From: Candidatus Woesearchaeota archaeon | GTDB taxonomy: Archaea; Nanobdellota; Nanobdellia; Woesearchaeales; JAGWAF01 | Length of the DNA stretch: 64,000 bases | Direction: 5' to 3' | Assembly: GCA_018303205.1 (NCBI GenBank) | Contig: JAGVYP010000066.1 | Span: 4,706-68,705 of the forward strand | Shown: one piece after another, positions 1-9,034 of the stretch | How positions within the stretch are numbered: the first letter of the stretch is position 1 | Layout: the number at the start of each line of letters is the position of its first letter | Notes under the pieces: model-generated | What the model saw: the letters and a program-made list of their open reading frames with translations, nothing else | Told to the model about the DNA's origin: nothing | Database searches by the model: none | Translations under genes and position numbers: made by a program

Positions 1-1041
1 ATTCACTTCAACATAATCACCATCTTTAAACACTTGTGTTGCTATCTTTGTTCCGATAATACAAGGTATTTTGAGTTCACGCGATACCACTGCTGCATGG
101 GAGGTAAGCCCTCCTTCGTCAGTAACAATGGCCCCTGCTTTTTGACATGCCATCATCATTTCTGGGCCAGTAGTATTGGCTATAAGGATATCTCCTTTTT
201 TTACTTTGAAAATCTCTTGTTGTATAACATCACTAAAAATAGTTCTTATGATCTTAACTTTTCCTCGGCATATTCCCTTACTTGCTATAACTCCTTTTAG
301 CATACTCCTCTTTCTCTTAAAGAAATGTTTTTCAAATTCTATCTTGATACGTTCTGCTTCTTTCCCTTCAATAAGTTTCCAATTACTAGACTTTGTTACT
401 AGCCAATTCGTTTTCTCTCTTCTCGACCCTTTTACTTTTTTTCCCTCTATGACCTTTGCTACTTCCTCAAAACTGAGCCAGGGAAGATCTTTTCCTCTTG
501 TCCGTACACCTATCTCCTTTACATACGGCATAAAAAGATGATTATAATTGTAAAACTCATTAAGTACTTGCCTTGCTTCAAACTTACGTTTTGCCATCTT
601 CTCAAGGGTTTCCTTCATTTTTTTGCTTTGTTTTTTCATCTTCTCTACTTTATCAAGAAAAAAGAATTCTGTGTAAAAATAATTTCCTCCCAGGGCTTGG
701 AAAAGATTAACTCTTTCTATAAACTTTTTTTTCAGTTGTCTCATAAAAAGTTGAGAAGGAATATCTCGTTTTGTTTCACGAATTAATCTTTTTCCTGTTT
801 CAACACATTTTTCTATTTTCTTTTCCCATTCTGGAAAAAGTTCCTCATAAAAAAGTATTCCAAAGTTTGAAAGTTTTATTCTCTCTTTTTTTGATAAAAA
901 GAAAGATAACCCTTTTGTTTTCCAGTCATAGATAAGAATCATATCTGTTTTTCTCAGTTCCTTAAAAAGATAACAGGATGTAAAAATAAAATTAATATCA
1001 TAATCTGTCCAGAGGTATTCATATTCTTTCGGTTGAATCAT
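1..1041 (-). CDS. PEP-utilizing enzyme mobile (phosphohistidine swivel) domain protein, 3' end runs off window
   Basis: Not in ORF track. Manual translation from ATG at 1041 (MIQPKEYEYLW...) is open to base 1 and ends GDILIANTTGPEMMMACQKAGAIVTDEGGLTSHAAVVSRELKIPCIIGTKIATQVFKDGDYVEVN, the PEP-utilizer His motif. Confidence 0.9.
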   Translation of the reverse strand, partial: MIQPKEYEYLWTDYDINFIFTSCYLFKELRKTDMILIYDWKTKGLSFFLSKKERIKLSNFGILFYEELFPEWEKKIEKCVETGKRLIRETKRDIPSQLFMRQLKKKFIERVNLFQALGGNYFYTEFFFLDKVEKMKKQSKKMKETLEKMAKRKFEARQVLNEFYNYNHLFMPYVKEIGVRTRGKDLPWLSFEEVAKVIEGKKVKGSRREKTNWLVTKSSNWKLIEGKEAERIKIEFEKHFFKRKRSMLKGVIASKGICRGKVKIIRTIFSDVIQQEIFKVKKGDILIANTTGPEMMMACQKAGAIVTDEGGLTSHAAVVSRELKIPCIIGTKIATQVFKDGDYVEVN

Positions 1042-1051
1042 CTTTATTCTC

Positions 1052-1756
1052 TCAATGCTTTCCTATTTTAAACTTCTCATTTCTCTCATCACCAGGAGGA
1101 TAACTGATATGCCAGGTTTTGACATTGCAATCTAACCAGGTTTCATAACCGAGCTTTGCTGCATCGTGACAAAAAGCAGCATCTTCTCCTGATTTGCTTT
1201 GTTCATACCATCTAAAATCTACTTTTTCTAAAACTTCTCTTTTTATGAGACAACATCCAAAACCGCACACAGCAATTTTCTTCAAATCAGTACTCAAAAC
1301 TTCATTTTTCATCATTAATCTTATTTTTTCTTCTCCTGCAAAATTATATGCTACAGGGGCAACCATAGCTTTTCCTTGCACAGAAAAGGTTGATAAAAAA
1401 ATGCCTGAACAAATGGGTTTATCAGCATTCATCAATTTTTTAATAATCTCTTGGGGCACTAACACATCAGAATCAATGAACATAAGATATTCATAATTTC
1501 CTTCCAACATTTTTTTTCGTAAAAGTTTTCTACAATTTGTAATATTTTCAATACGGATGCCCTTTTCATTTTCCAACATTGCACAAAAAAAACCCTTGCT
1601 CTCAATTTTTTTCTTATAATCATCTTCTCCTTTATCAACCACAAAAAGAACATCAAAAAAAGGATAGTCTATCTTTTTAATATGCTCGCAAAATGCTTCC
1701 AAGCAGTACTCCTGACCAGGAAAAGTGGGTATTCCTATCAAAACTTTCTTGTCCAT
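1052..1756 (-). CDS. GT-A fold glycosyltransferase (family 2-like)
   Basis: VLIGIPT start, FIDSD (DxD), GFGCCLIKREV, GEDAAFC; start moved to MDKK downstream of a TATA-like TTTATAAA. Confidence 0.8.
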   Translation of the reverse strand: MDKKVLIGIPTFPGQEYCLEAFCEHIKKIDYPFFDVLFVVDKGEDDYKKKIESKGFFCAMLENEKGIRIENITNCRKLLRKKMLEGNYEYLMFIDSDVLVPQEIIKKLMNADKPICSGIFLSTFSVQGKAMVAPVAYNFAGEEKIRLMMKNEVLSTDLKKIAVCGFGCCLIKREVLEKVDFRWYEQSKSGEDAAFCHDAAKLGYETWLDCNVKTWHISYPPGDERNEKFKIGKH

Positions 1757-1799
1757 AGCAAGAGGTAACTTTATAAACTTTTTATAGTTTTGCCTTAGC

Positions 1800-1955
1800 A
1801 TGAAATGCGAAATCTGCAAAAACACACTAGGAGAAACCTTTCTGAAGAAGATTTTGGGTACTTATATCAAAGACAAACAAGGCAAAAAACACAGCGTTTG
1901 CTTTGCCTGTCAAAAGACCTTGAAAACAAAAGAAGCAATCTTAGAGAAGATATGA
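1800..1955 (+). CDS. small zinc-finger protein, 51 aa
   Basis: Manual translation MKCEICKNTLGETFLKKILGTYIKDKQGKKHSVCFACQKTLKTKEAILEKI; two CxxC; TTTATAAA about 25 nt upstream. Confidence 0.75.
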   Translation: MKCEICKNTLGETFLKKILGTYIKDKQGKKHSVCFACQKTLKTKEAILEKI

Positions 1956-1959
1956 TTCC

Positions 1960-2032
1960 GCCCTCGTAGCATAGTAGCTATTGCGTCGGTTTCGTAAACC
2001 GAAGGTCATGGGTGCAACTCCCATCGAGGGCT
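1960..2032 (+). tRNA. tRNA-Thr(CGT), no intron, CCA not encoded
   Basis: Cloverleaf: acceptor GCCCTCG/CGAGGGC, anticodon stem TCGGT/ACCGA with loop TTCGTAA, T stem ATGGG/CCCAT, discriminator T. Confidence 0.93.
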
Positions 2033-2033
2033 T

Positions 2034-2561
2034 TTATTTTGCTTTTTTATGATGCATCATTACGTGAAACGTAAGATACATCCTTGCCTTGAATAATCGA
2101 AAGAAACGTTGTATACCATTCATTGCCCGAAAGAAAGGCTTTACTTCTTTTGCCAATCGCTCTTCTTTCAATAATTCTACTTCTTTTAATAATACTGCTT
2201 CATGCGTCATCTTCTGCGCAGTTTCAGTTATTCTCTCACCTGTGCTTAAGACAGCAGAAGCTTCCTCATAGAGTCTAAAAAATAAATAAAAAGGAAACAC
2301 AGCAAGAAGATCAATCCAATACAATTTAACAAAAGTCTTTATCTTTTTCACTTTCTGCCATTTATAAAAAAGATCAACAACAAAAAAGAAAATAATAATA
2401 ACATCAAAAAAGGTTACGAGCTCTTCATATTGATGCAAATTTACCAACATCCATAAGGGATTATCCAGAATGAGCAAGACAGCGAGCAAAACAAGAAGAT
2501 AAGGAATAATCTTATGCGTTATATGTTCTAATCGTTTTGAAAATCTGCTTTGTTTTTTCAT
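2034..2561 (-). CDS. ion-transport/voltage-sensor-like membrane protein without pore domain
   Basis: TM helices, FFVVDLFYKW (S2-like), WIDLLAVFPF (S3-like), RFFRLFKAR (S4-like). Confidence 0.6.
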   Translation of the reverse strand: MKKQSRFSKRLEHITHKIIPYLLVLLAVLLILDNPLWMLVNLHQYEELVTFFDVIIIFFFVVDLFYKWQKVKKIKTFVKLYWIDLLAVFPFYLFFRLYEEASAVLSTGERITETAQKMTHEAVLLKEVELLKEERLAKEVKPFFRAMNGIQRFFRLFKARMYLTFHVMMHHKKAK

Positions 2562-2593
2562 AAGAGAGTGTCTACCTCTTCCCCTTTAAATCT

Positions 2594-3790
2594 TTATTCA
2601 TACCTCAGCGCTTCCACAGGAGGTAATTTAGCTGCGCTCAGAGCAGGAAGTATTCCAGCAAGCACTCCCAAACCAACAGAAAATGCTAAGCCAAAGAGCA
2701 TCAGCCAGATATTTACAGCAATGACCAGCTTTACAATACCTGCCAAATTGATAAGAAACATTAAAGAGAGCGCAATACTCATTCCTAAGAAAATACCTAT
2801 GATACCACTGGCAAAACCAAGAAAAGCAGCTTCTAATAAAAACAAATTTAATACTGCACGATTGGTTGCGCCAATTGCTTTCATAATCCCAATTTCCCTC
2901 CTTCTTTCAAGCACTGCAGTATACAGGGAGTTCATAATACCAATAGCTCCTACGATAAGGCTAATAAAAGCGATGCCAGCAACAACAAATTTTACCACTC
3001 CAAAAATCTCCCGTGCTTGAGCTTGCACTTTCTTAGGATTTGTAACCTGAAAATTCTCATCCCCCCTCTTCCTCTCAAGAGCTTTCTCTATTTTTTCTGA
3101 TACGAAATCAACATCTTGCCCTGGCTTTGCTACCGCAGTGATTGCGGATACAGAATCTCCAGCATCAAGAAGCTCTTGCATCGTATCAAGAGGAATTGCT
3201 ATTCTATAATCTAATGCTTCATCACCTTGCGGTTCCTGAATACCTACCACACGAAATTTTACACCATTCAAATAAAAAGAATTTTGTAATCGTACCTCTT
3301 TTTCAAAATATTCTGTTGCAATTCCATGTCCAATAATCGCAGCATGAGTATCTCCTTCTTGGAGTAATCTTCCTTCCCTGAATTGAACATCCACTTCCTT
3401 AAAGATCTTCTCAATATCCTTCAAGCTTATTCCTTGTACTCTCCTAAATCTTTTTTCCCTTCCAAATTCTATATTGAGATTTTCTACTAAAATAGCATTC
3501 ACATATTCAATGGAAGAAATACCTTTAATAGTATCCGCATCTTTCTCGCTTAACGTACTAATTCCACTAGGAGGGCCTGCTGCTATTCCTGTAATCACTT
3601 TAGGTCCTATAAAGATTCGTCTCGGTCCTAACCTATCTAGGGTATCTCCTATTCCTTTTTCTAACCCCTCTCCTAAAGTAATCAAAGAAACAAGTGCTGT
3701 CACACCAATAATAATGCCCAATGCAGTCAAGTAATTTCTCAGTTTTCTCGCCTTGAGGTTGCGCAGTGCCATAAAAACATACTCATTCAT
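2594..3790 (-). CDS. ABC transporter permease, MacB/FtsX family
   Basis: RKLRNYLTALGIIIGV N-terminus, ERRREIGIMKAIGA, C-terminal PPVEALRYE. Confidence 0.93.
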   Translation of the reverse strand: MNEYVFMALRNLKARKLRNYLTALGIIIGVTALVSLITLGEGLEKGIGDTLDRLGPRRIFIGPKVITGIAAGPPSGISTLSEKDADTIKGISSIEYVNAILVENLNIEFGREKRFRRVQGISLKDIEKIFKEVDVQFREGRLLQEGDTHAAIIGHGIATEYFEKEVRLQNSFYLNGVKFRVVGIQEPQGDEALDYRIAIPLDTMQELLDAGDSVSAITAVAKPGQDVDFVSEKIEKALERKRGDENFQVTNPKKVQAQAREIFGVVKFVVAGIAFISLIVGAIGIMNSLYTAVLERRREIGIMKAIGATNRAVLNLFLLEAAFLGFASGIIGIFLGMSIALSLMFLINLAGIVKLVIAVNIWLMLFGLAFSVGLGVLAGILPALSAAKLPPVEALRYE

Positions 3791-4974
3791 GACTCCCACC
3801 TCAAAGCATCAACAGGATGCAACTTTGCAGCTTGCCGTGAAGGAAGTGCACCTGAAATCATTCCTATAAAAAAAGCAAAAGCTAATGCTCCTCCCACAAG
3901 ATACCAATCCCATTGTATCTTTAAGAGACCAAAACCAGCTTGTTTTGCCATTTCACCAATTGCAAAGCTTACTGTCATGCCCAAGATAACCCCAAGAATA
4001 CCACCCACGATTCCAATCATTCCCGCTTCTATAAGAAACAAAAGCATAATATCCCTATTTCTCGCACCCAAACTTTTCATAACCCCAATATCCTTTGTTC
4101 TTTCCAAAACAGAAGTGTACATAGCATTCATAATTCCAATACAACCCACAACAAGAGAAACACCTGCAATACTGACCAGAATCCCCTGCACGATAAAAAG
4201 CGCTGTTTGTAAAAAATTAAGAATCTGAGTAGGTGTCAAAACATCAAAACTTTCATCATCACGCTCTCTTTCTAATCTCTTCTTTGTTTTTTCCACAACT
4301 TGATCAATGTTCTTTCCTTGTTTTAACGTTGCTTCAATAAAACTTACCTCTTTTTCTTTCCCAAAAATTTCTCGTGCTGTTTCCAAAGGAATTAGGATTA
4401 TCCTGTCATCTTGTTCATTGCCAATCTCATCAAAGATTCCCACAACCTCAAATTTCACTTCGTTGATCAACACGTTATTATTGACACCGATATCTTTCTT
4501 GAAAAAATCCTTTGCAGTGAGATACCCTACAATCACTTCATATCTTGCTCCATTCCTAAAATGTCTTCCTTCAAGAAAATCAAAATCATAATCTACAAAC
4601 CTTTTATCAGCATCATCTGCAGGCCATGCGGTTATCGAAGCATACAAGTCTTCTTTTCCATACGTTATTTTTACACTGGATTCCACAAGATAAGGAGTAA
4701 TATAAACAAATTCTCCCATATTCTCAAGCGTTTCCACATCTTTTGTAGTTAATCCCGTAGTGGTTCCCGGAGCACCTCCTTTCATCATCACATAAATCCT
4801 ATTTGCGCCTATCTTTTCAAATTGTTCTTCAATCGCATTTTCTAATCCATTGCTCACTGAAATAAGAGCCACAATACTCATCACAGAAATGACAATACCT
4901 AAAATGGTAAGCCAGCTTCTCAATCTTCTCTGATGAAGATTCTTTAATGATACACTGCAATAATCTCTGATCAT
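3787..4974 (-). CDS. ABC transporter permease, MacB/FtsX family
   Basis: RRLRSWLTILGIVI, ERTKDIGVMKSLGA, HPVDALRWE. Confidence 0.93.
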   Translation of the reverse strand: MIRDYCSVSLKNLHQRRLRSWLTILGIVISVMSIVALISVSNGLENAIEEQFEKIGANRIYVMMKGGAPGTTTGLTTKDVETLENMGEFVYITPYLVESSVKITYGKEDLYASITAWPADDADKRFVDYDFDFLEGRHFRNGARYEVIVGYLTAKDFFKKDIGVNNNVLINEVKFEVVGIFDEIGNEQDDRIILIPLETAREIFGKEKEVSFIEATLKQGKNIDQVVEKTKKRLERERDDESFDVLTPTQILNFLQTALFIVQGILVSIAGVSLVVGCIGIMNAMYTSVLERTKDIGVMKSLGARNRDIMLLFLIEAGMIGIVGGILGVILGMTVSFAIGEMAKQAGFGLLKIQWDWYLVGGALAFAFFIGMISGALPSRQAAKLHPVDALRWES

Positions 4975-6293
4975 GCATGCTGTCCCATGGCTTTAGCATG
5001 TTTCTTTTTTCTTCTGCGATGGAGAATGTACCATAGTAAAAGTGCAAAAACAAGAATTCCTATTCCCATACTCATATAAGGAGGTTGGGGCAGCAAACCA
5101 AATTTTCTTGCTTCTTCCTTGCTAAAAATACGCAATTCCATTTGTTCTTCTTTTATGAAATCCTGATTAAAGCTGTCCTTATATTTCATCGTTACTTTTA
5201 GAGGTATTATTCCTGGTTTGAGCTTATGCGTGTAAATTTCAAACTCTGCTGTTTCATAATCATCACTTTCTATGTTGCCTAAATAGCTCTTTGAACTTGA
5301 AAGAATCTCATAGTTTTCTGTGGGAATCAGTTCAAGAACAACAAAATTAATATCGCTTGTTCCCGTATTAGAAACAGAAAGTACAACCGTTCCTTGCTGT
5401 TCTGACAAGAACACATTACTCTCATCTTTGACCAGCTCGTATTCAGGAGGACTATAGACTGTAAGTCCAAACTTTGCTTCTACCACATGTTCCTGATTAA
5501 ATTTGTCCATATACTCAATCTGTAAAGGAATCAGATTTACTTTCGATTCAGCATCAGGAGGAACAATCAAATCAAAAAGAACAGACTCTGTTTTTCCCGG
5601 AAGAATCTCTCGTATAACTTTTTCGCTTGCTGAAGTAAGAGGAGCAACTGAAGTTTCATCCAAGACAAGCTTTACCTTTACTTCATCAATACTTGATTCT
5701 GCCAAATTTTTGAGTGTTACTCTTACCTGTACTTGGTCTCCTGGTTTTGGTTGTGGAGGAATGGTTTCTATAGATTCTACTCCTAAAATCGATTCTCTTC
5801 CTCGTACTCGTATCTTAAATGTGGGTTCATCATCAAGAATAACTCCATACTTTTCCGTGTTGTAAATCAGTGTAAATTCTTCTTCGCCTTCTGCAGCATT
5901 GTCATCCACTTTTAATCTCCAAAAGAGTATTGCGCTGTCTTCTTCTGTTTGTCTTGCTCCCAGAGTACCTATGTCGACATATTTTTTTTCAGGATCTGCA
6001 AATGAGAATGGATACTGAAGCTCTAAATTGAATACAACCGTATTGACAGGCTTTATTCCAAAATTCTCTACTCGAAAACGGAGTTCTACAAATTCTCCTG
6101 GCTCAACAGGATCAGGATCTTGACTCAAAAAGGTTACTTTGACATTAGAATGGGGAACTTCAGCTTTTGTGCTCTGCGGATCTGTAACTGTTGTAGTATC
6201 TTCTTCTCCAAAAAGGTCAGTGATTTGTGCGAACACACTGCTCATCAGCATTATGAACATAGTTATTATCATTATGTATCGTCTTGTTTTCAT
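4971..6293 (-). CDS. COG1361-type S-layer-related protein with signal peptide and C-terminal anchor
   Basis: QDPDPVEPGEFVELRFRVEN repeats, C-terminal TM followed by RRRKKK; usual partner of archaeal MacB-like operons. Confidence 0.8.
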   Translation of the reverse strand: MKTRRYIMIITMFIMLMSSVFAQITDLFGEEDTTTVTDPQSTKAEVPHSNVKVTFLSQDPDPVEPGEFVELRFRVENFGIKPVNTVVFNLELQYPFSFADPEKKYVDIGTLGARQTEEDSAILFWRLKVDDNAAEGEEEFTLIYNTEKYGVILDDEPTFKIRVRGRESILGVESIETIPPQPKPGDQVQVRVTLKNLAESSIDEVKVKLVLDETSVAPLTSASEKVIREILPGKTESVLFDLIVPPDAESKVNLIPLQIEYMDKFNQEHVVEAKFGLTVYSPPEYELVKDESNVFLSEQQGTVVLSVSNTGTSDINFVVLELIPTENYEILSSSKSYLGNIESDDYETAEFEIYTHKLKPGIIPLKVTMKYKDSFNQDFIKEEQMELRIFSKEEARKFGLLPQPPYMSMGIGILVFALLLWYILHRRRKKKHAKAMGQHA

Positions 6294-6297
6294 AGGC

Positions 6298-6975
6298 TCA
6301 CCTTTTCTTATCCATTTTTCCATCTTTTAAGTACATAATACGATCTGCATAGGTTGCTAACTTCTGATCATGCGTTACAAGGATAATAGTCTTCTTTTTT
6401 TCTTTATGAAGCTTTTTTAAGAATGACATCACTTTCTCTCCTGTCACACTGTCCAGATTTCCTGTAGGCTCATCTGCAAGAATCACTTCAGGATCATTGG
6501 CAAGTGCTCTTGCAATTGCTACTCTTTGACGTTGTCCTCCAGAAAGTTCTGCAGGCTTATGATACATTCTGTCTTGCAATTCAACAAGCATAAGAAGCTC
6601 TTTTGCTTTTTTTTGTCTTTGTTCTAAAGGAGTTCCTTGAAAAATCATGGGAAGAGAAACATTTTCTAGTGCGTTGAGTGTTCCGATAAGATTAAAGGTT
6701 TGGAAGATGAATCCTATCTTTCTTCCTCTTATCTGTGCAAGGGAAGATTCTTCTAGAGTACTAATATCTTGTCCGTCAAGGTAAACACTTCCTTTTGAAG
6801 GAATATCAAGACAACCTACCATGTTTACACAGGTACTTTTTCCACTTCCACTCGGCCCCATGATTGCGACAAATTCACCTTTCTTAATATGCATAGTTAA
6901 TCCTTGAAGTGCCTTTACTTCTACCTCTCCCATATGGTAAATTTTCCAGACGTCTTTGAGTTCAATAATGTTCAT
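6298..6975 (-). CDS. ABC transporter ATP-binding protein (LolD/MacB type)
   Basis: GPSGSGKS, LSGGQRQR, ILADEPTGNLD, VTHD. Confidence 0.95.
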   Translation of the reverse strand: MNIIELKDVWKIYHMGEVEVKALQGLTMHIKKGEFVAIMGPSGSGKSTCVNMVGCLDIPSKGSVYLDGQDISTLEESSLAQIRGRKIGFIFQTFNLIGTLNALENVSLPMIFQGTPLEQRQKKAKELLMLVELQDRMYHKPAELSGGQRQRVAIARALANDPEVILADEPTGNLDSVTGEKVMSFLKKLHKEKKKTIILVTHDQKLATYADRIMYLKDGKMDKKR

Positions 6976-7475
6976 ACGAAACCCCGCAATGCTTCTGTTG
7001 TTTTTCGTATAATCTTTCTTATTTTTTCTTGATCTTTTCTTGAAGGATTTTTCTCTGCAAGGGAAAATATCATTCTTCGTAAGAGCACTGCTTCTTCATG
7101 TAACCAGGATAAGTGGCCTTCACGATCTTTCATGATGCGCAAAATCATTTCCATATCCTTTGCTTCCTGCTGATCACCTACCAAACTGTACACTCTCATG
7201 TTACTTTCTAATTCTTGCACAAATGCTTTTCTTTTTTCTTGAAGATTTTTAAGTACCTCTTTTCCATACGGAGTTAACCTGTACAGTTTTTGTCTTCCCT
7301 GAATTCTTGTTTGCACCATCTTTTTTTTACTCAAATCTGCAAGAAGAGGATACATCGAACCCGGACTTGGCTTCCAGCCTATCTTCTCTGTCATTGCTTT
7401 CATGAGCTGATAACCACTCGTCTCTTTCTCAGACAAGAGTTTCATCACCGTTATTTTCAAAGGACCTTGCGCCAT
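6972..7475 (-). CDS. PadR family transcriptional regulator
   Basis: SGYQLMK, PSPGSMYPLL, YRLTPYG. Confidence 0.9.
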   Translation of the reverse strand: MAQGPLKITVMKLLSEKETSGYQLMKAMTEKIGWKPSPGSMYPLLADLSKKKMVQTRIQGRQKLYRLTPYGKEVLKNLQEKRKAFVQELESNMRVYSLVGDQQEAKDMEMILRIMKDREGHLSWLHEEAVLLRRMIFSLAEKNPSRKDQEKIRKIIRKTTEALRGFV

Positions 7476-7477
7476 AG

Positions 7478-7518
7478 TATCGGTAACGATATATCGGAAG
7501 CGATAGTATATAAAGGTT
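7478..7518 (-). promoter_or_regulatory. padR operon promoter: TATA box plus tandem TATCG-N4-CGATA operators
   Basis: TATCGgtaaCGATA (7478-7491) and TATCGgaagCGATA (7492-7505) between ATG and TTTATATA (minus strand, 7507-7514). Confidence 0.7.
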
Positions 7519-7528
7519 GCGAATATAC

Positions 7529-7670
7529 GGTAAAGTCAAGTTGTGTGTGTTGTGGGAATGCGGAGATCTTGCCACTCCGTTGATCGTGGTGTTTTGCGTC
7601 GAACATCCTGCATGAATCGGATGTTCTCCTGATATCACTCCAAGGCATCCCCACTTAACTTGACTTTACC
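7529..7670 (-). ncRNA. unassigned structured repeat element, copy A
   Basis: Minus strand: 14-bp outer stem, 10-bp stem, CTT-GGAG, GAACATCC-GATTCATGCA-GGATGTTC, GACGCAA, CCAC-GATCAACGGA-GTGG, CTCC. Repeat status is clear; RNA status is inferred. Confidence 0.75.
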
Positions 7671-7780
7671 TGGATGTACGTTGGTTATTGTTTTTTATTT
7701 CGTACTTTTGTTTATTTTTTTTATAAAGATGTAACTCAAACTAAAATTAAAAGAAAAAATGAGAAAGATTTGGGTTATCC

Positions 7781-9034
7781 CTATCTTTTTAATTTCTGAA
7801 CCATTGTTCCAAGAATCACTCCCGCAACATAAGAGCGATCAGCAGGTTCTTTAGTAGGACAAATTCTGAGATAAGAAAATCCATGCTTTGTTGCACTTTT
7901 GTTACTATTTCTAAAATCCTGATCAGGATCTCCCCTAAGATTTGCGGTAATCCAATCGAAGCCAGAAGTCATCAGCACTGGTGGATCTAATAATCCTAGA
8001 ACTTCTCTCGGATTCAAATATTCAGGAAGCATATAAGTTAAGATAGGCATCCCAGGAAACGCTTGTCTAAACTCACCCTGATCTGTTACAGAACGCAAAC
8101 CCGCTTGGAAGGCCTTACTATTCGCAATAAGCATTTCTCTTATTCTTTCCCCATACCTAGCCTGATACAAACTATCAATGGTGATTGCAGCGATATTCTC
8201 ACAGCCTTGACACCCTATAGCTATCTCAGGAGTTACCTGACTTAACTGTTTTGGTACTAAGGTCCATGTTATTCCTAAACCCCTTGCTCCCAATCTTTTT
8301 GATGTTGTCTCTACAATCACACTTCTCGAAGAATACTGAGAAGATGAATGTCTTTTTCCTTCTTCTTGCAACGCTCTGAAAGGGTCATCAAAAATAGGAA
8401 CAATACCAGAACGTTCAGCAATGGATTCTATTCTTTCTATGTGTTCTCTATTAAACCGATATCCTAAAGGATTCGCAGGATCAACAAGAATCAGAGCAGC
8501 AACATTGTTTTGCGCATGTTGTTCAAATCCTTCAACAAATTCTTCCGCGCTAGTCGCATGAAATCCATAACCTTGTGCACCTGGAACTTTTGTCATAACA
8601 TTATCAAAAATCCAGTTAGGTGATGCATAAAGAACAACAGGCTTATCTTGAGTAACTAATTTTTGAAGTACTCCTACTAATGCGTGTCGTGCGCCACTTG
8701 CAGATGTGAACAAGTTGTATCTCTCCAATTCAAGTGTTGTTTCTGCATGAAGAATTTCCCGAACAACTCCCTCAAGAGGCTTTTCAGTAACGGTTTCACA
8801 TCCAGAGTCAATAGTGTCTATAATTCTTCTTAGATATTCTAATTCGTGCGCATCTGTTCCAAAGGGAGCAAAATCAATATTTGCATCTCTAAAATCAAAT
8901 CCTATCAACTCACCCACAGGTGACCCGTATCCTAGATGAGCACTTGCAAAACCTAAAAGTCTAGGATCTCCTTTAGCTATCTCTTGTATCCTTCTTTGAA
9001 GTTTATCCCATTCTTCCTTCGGATCATTTGTCAT
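7781..9034 (-). CDS. divergent PLP-dependent aminotransferase class I/II-like protein
   Basis: DPANPLG, FDDPF (PLP Asp), TTSKRLG (Schiff-base Lys), YLRIC. Confidence 0.75.
   Translation of the reverse strand: MTNDPKEEWDKLQRRIQEIAKGDPRLLGFASAHLGYGSPVGELIGFDFRDANIDFAPFGTDAHELEYLRRIIDTIDSGCETVTEKPLEGVVREILHAETTLELERYNLFTSASGARHALVGVLQKLVTQDKPVVLYASPNWIFDNVMTKVPGAQGYGFHATSAEEFVEGFEQHAQNNVAALILVDPANPLGYRFNREHIERIESIAERSGIVPIFDDPFRALQEEGKRHSSSQYSSRSVIVETTSKRLGARGLGITWTLVPKQLSQVTPEIAIGCQGCENIAAITIDSLYQARYGERIREMLIANSKAFQAGLRSVTDQGEFRQAFPGMPILTYMLPEYLNPREVLGLLDPPVLMTSGFDWITANLRGDPDQDFRNSNKSATKHGFSYLRICPTKEPADRSYVAGVILGTMVQKLKR

Noticed and set aside
34-786. Plus-strand ORFs 34..300, 176..541, 538..786
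   Set aside because: Antisense shadows of the minus-strand PEP-utilizer gene
1960-2032. tRNA as integration site of an island
   Set aside because: No integrase and no duplicated tRNA 3' end seen
7429-7654. Short ORFs over copy A (also 13788..14051 and 44410..44746 over copies B and C)
   Set aside because: No conserved frame between copies; by-products of the GC-richer element
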